Shown here piece by piece: positions 63,999 through 64,000 of a stretch of 64,000 bases of DNA. The translations under genes were made by a program, and so were the position numbers. Position 1 is the first letter of the stretch. Every line of letters begins with the position of its first letter. Under the pieces are notes generated by a model. It was not told where the DNA came from. It did no database searches and saw nothing but the letters and a program-made list of their open reading frames with translations. Origin of the DNA: a virus (taxonomy: Duplodnaviria > Caudoviricetes); IMG/VR virus record IMGVR_UViG_3300044655_001017, one strand, 5' to 3'.

Positions 63999-64000
63999 AT

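Noticed and set aside
1-64000. Complete DGR cassette (RT, avd, template repeat)
   Set aside because: No ORF with RT motifs and no AAC-rich copy of the VR seen on either strand; only the target side is supported here
1-64000. Alternative genetic code (stop recoding)
   Set aside because: Recognisable proteins are full length in code 11; TAA, TAG and TGA all terminate genes, and short ORFs have their own RBS and coupled starts

Overview
This is a 64-kb, AT-rich fragment of a large T4-like (probably jumbo) lytic phage genome. The left end (1-7.8 kb, + strand) carries a TOPRIM primase, a DnaB/T4-gp41-like helicase and two paralogous ~900-1000 aa 'MRLRELYE' proteins. From ~8.4 to 59.3 kb lies a minus-strand early/accessory region of >100 small genes, many in single-gene units behind a recurring sigma70-type promoter/leader cassette. 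It includes a tRNA cluster with an HNH gene, an SLT transglycosylase, an AAA+ ATPase and a GP88-like protein. The right end has a kinase-like protein, a hotdog thioesterase and an amidoligase-like gene. The most striking feature is a ~47-member family of 65-120 aa minimal C-type-lectin/DUF1566-like genes, 23 of them in one coupled tandem array, with a fixed scaffold and a hypervariable C-terminal segment. One member carries a clear DGR variable-region (NNY codon) signature, but I found no RT or template repeat in the window. Other unexplained structure: a 582-bp tract (and most early promoters) free of GA/GG/TC/CC; 21 strand-polarised AGCGGGG motifs, usually CAGCGGGGCC; three different-stem hairpins with one identical 9-nt loop; covarying hairpin promoters; a 152-nt tRNA-like RNA; and a ~480-nt promoter-driven structured non-coding region. 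All counts are by eye and all domain calls come from motif recognition, not database searches.
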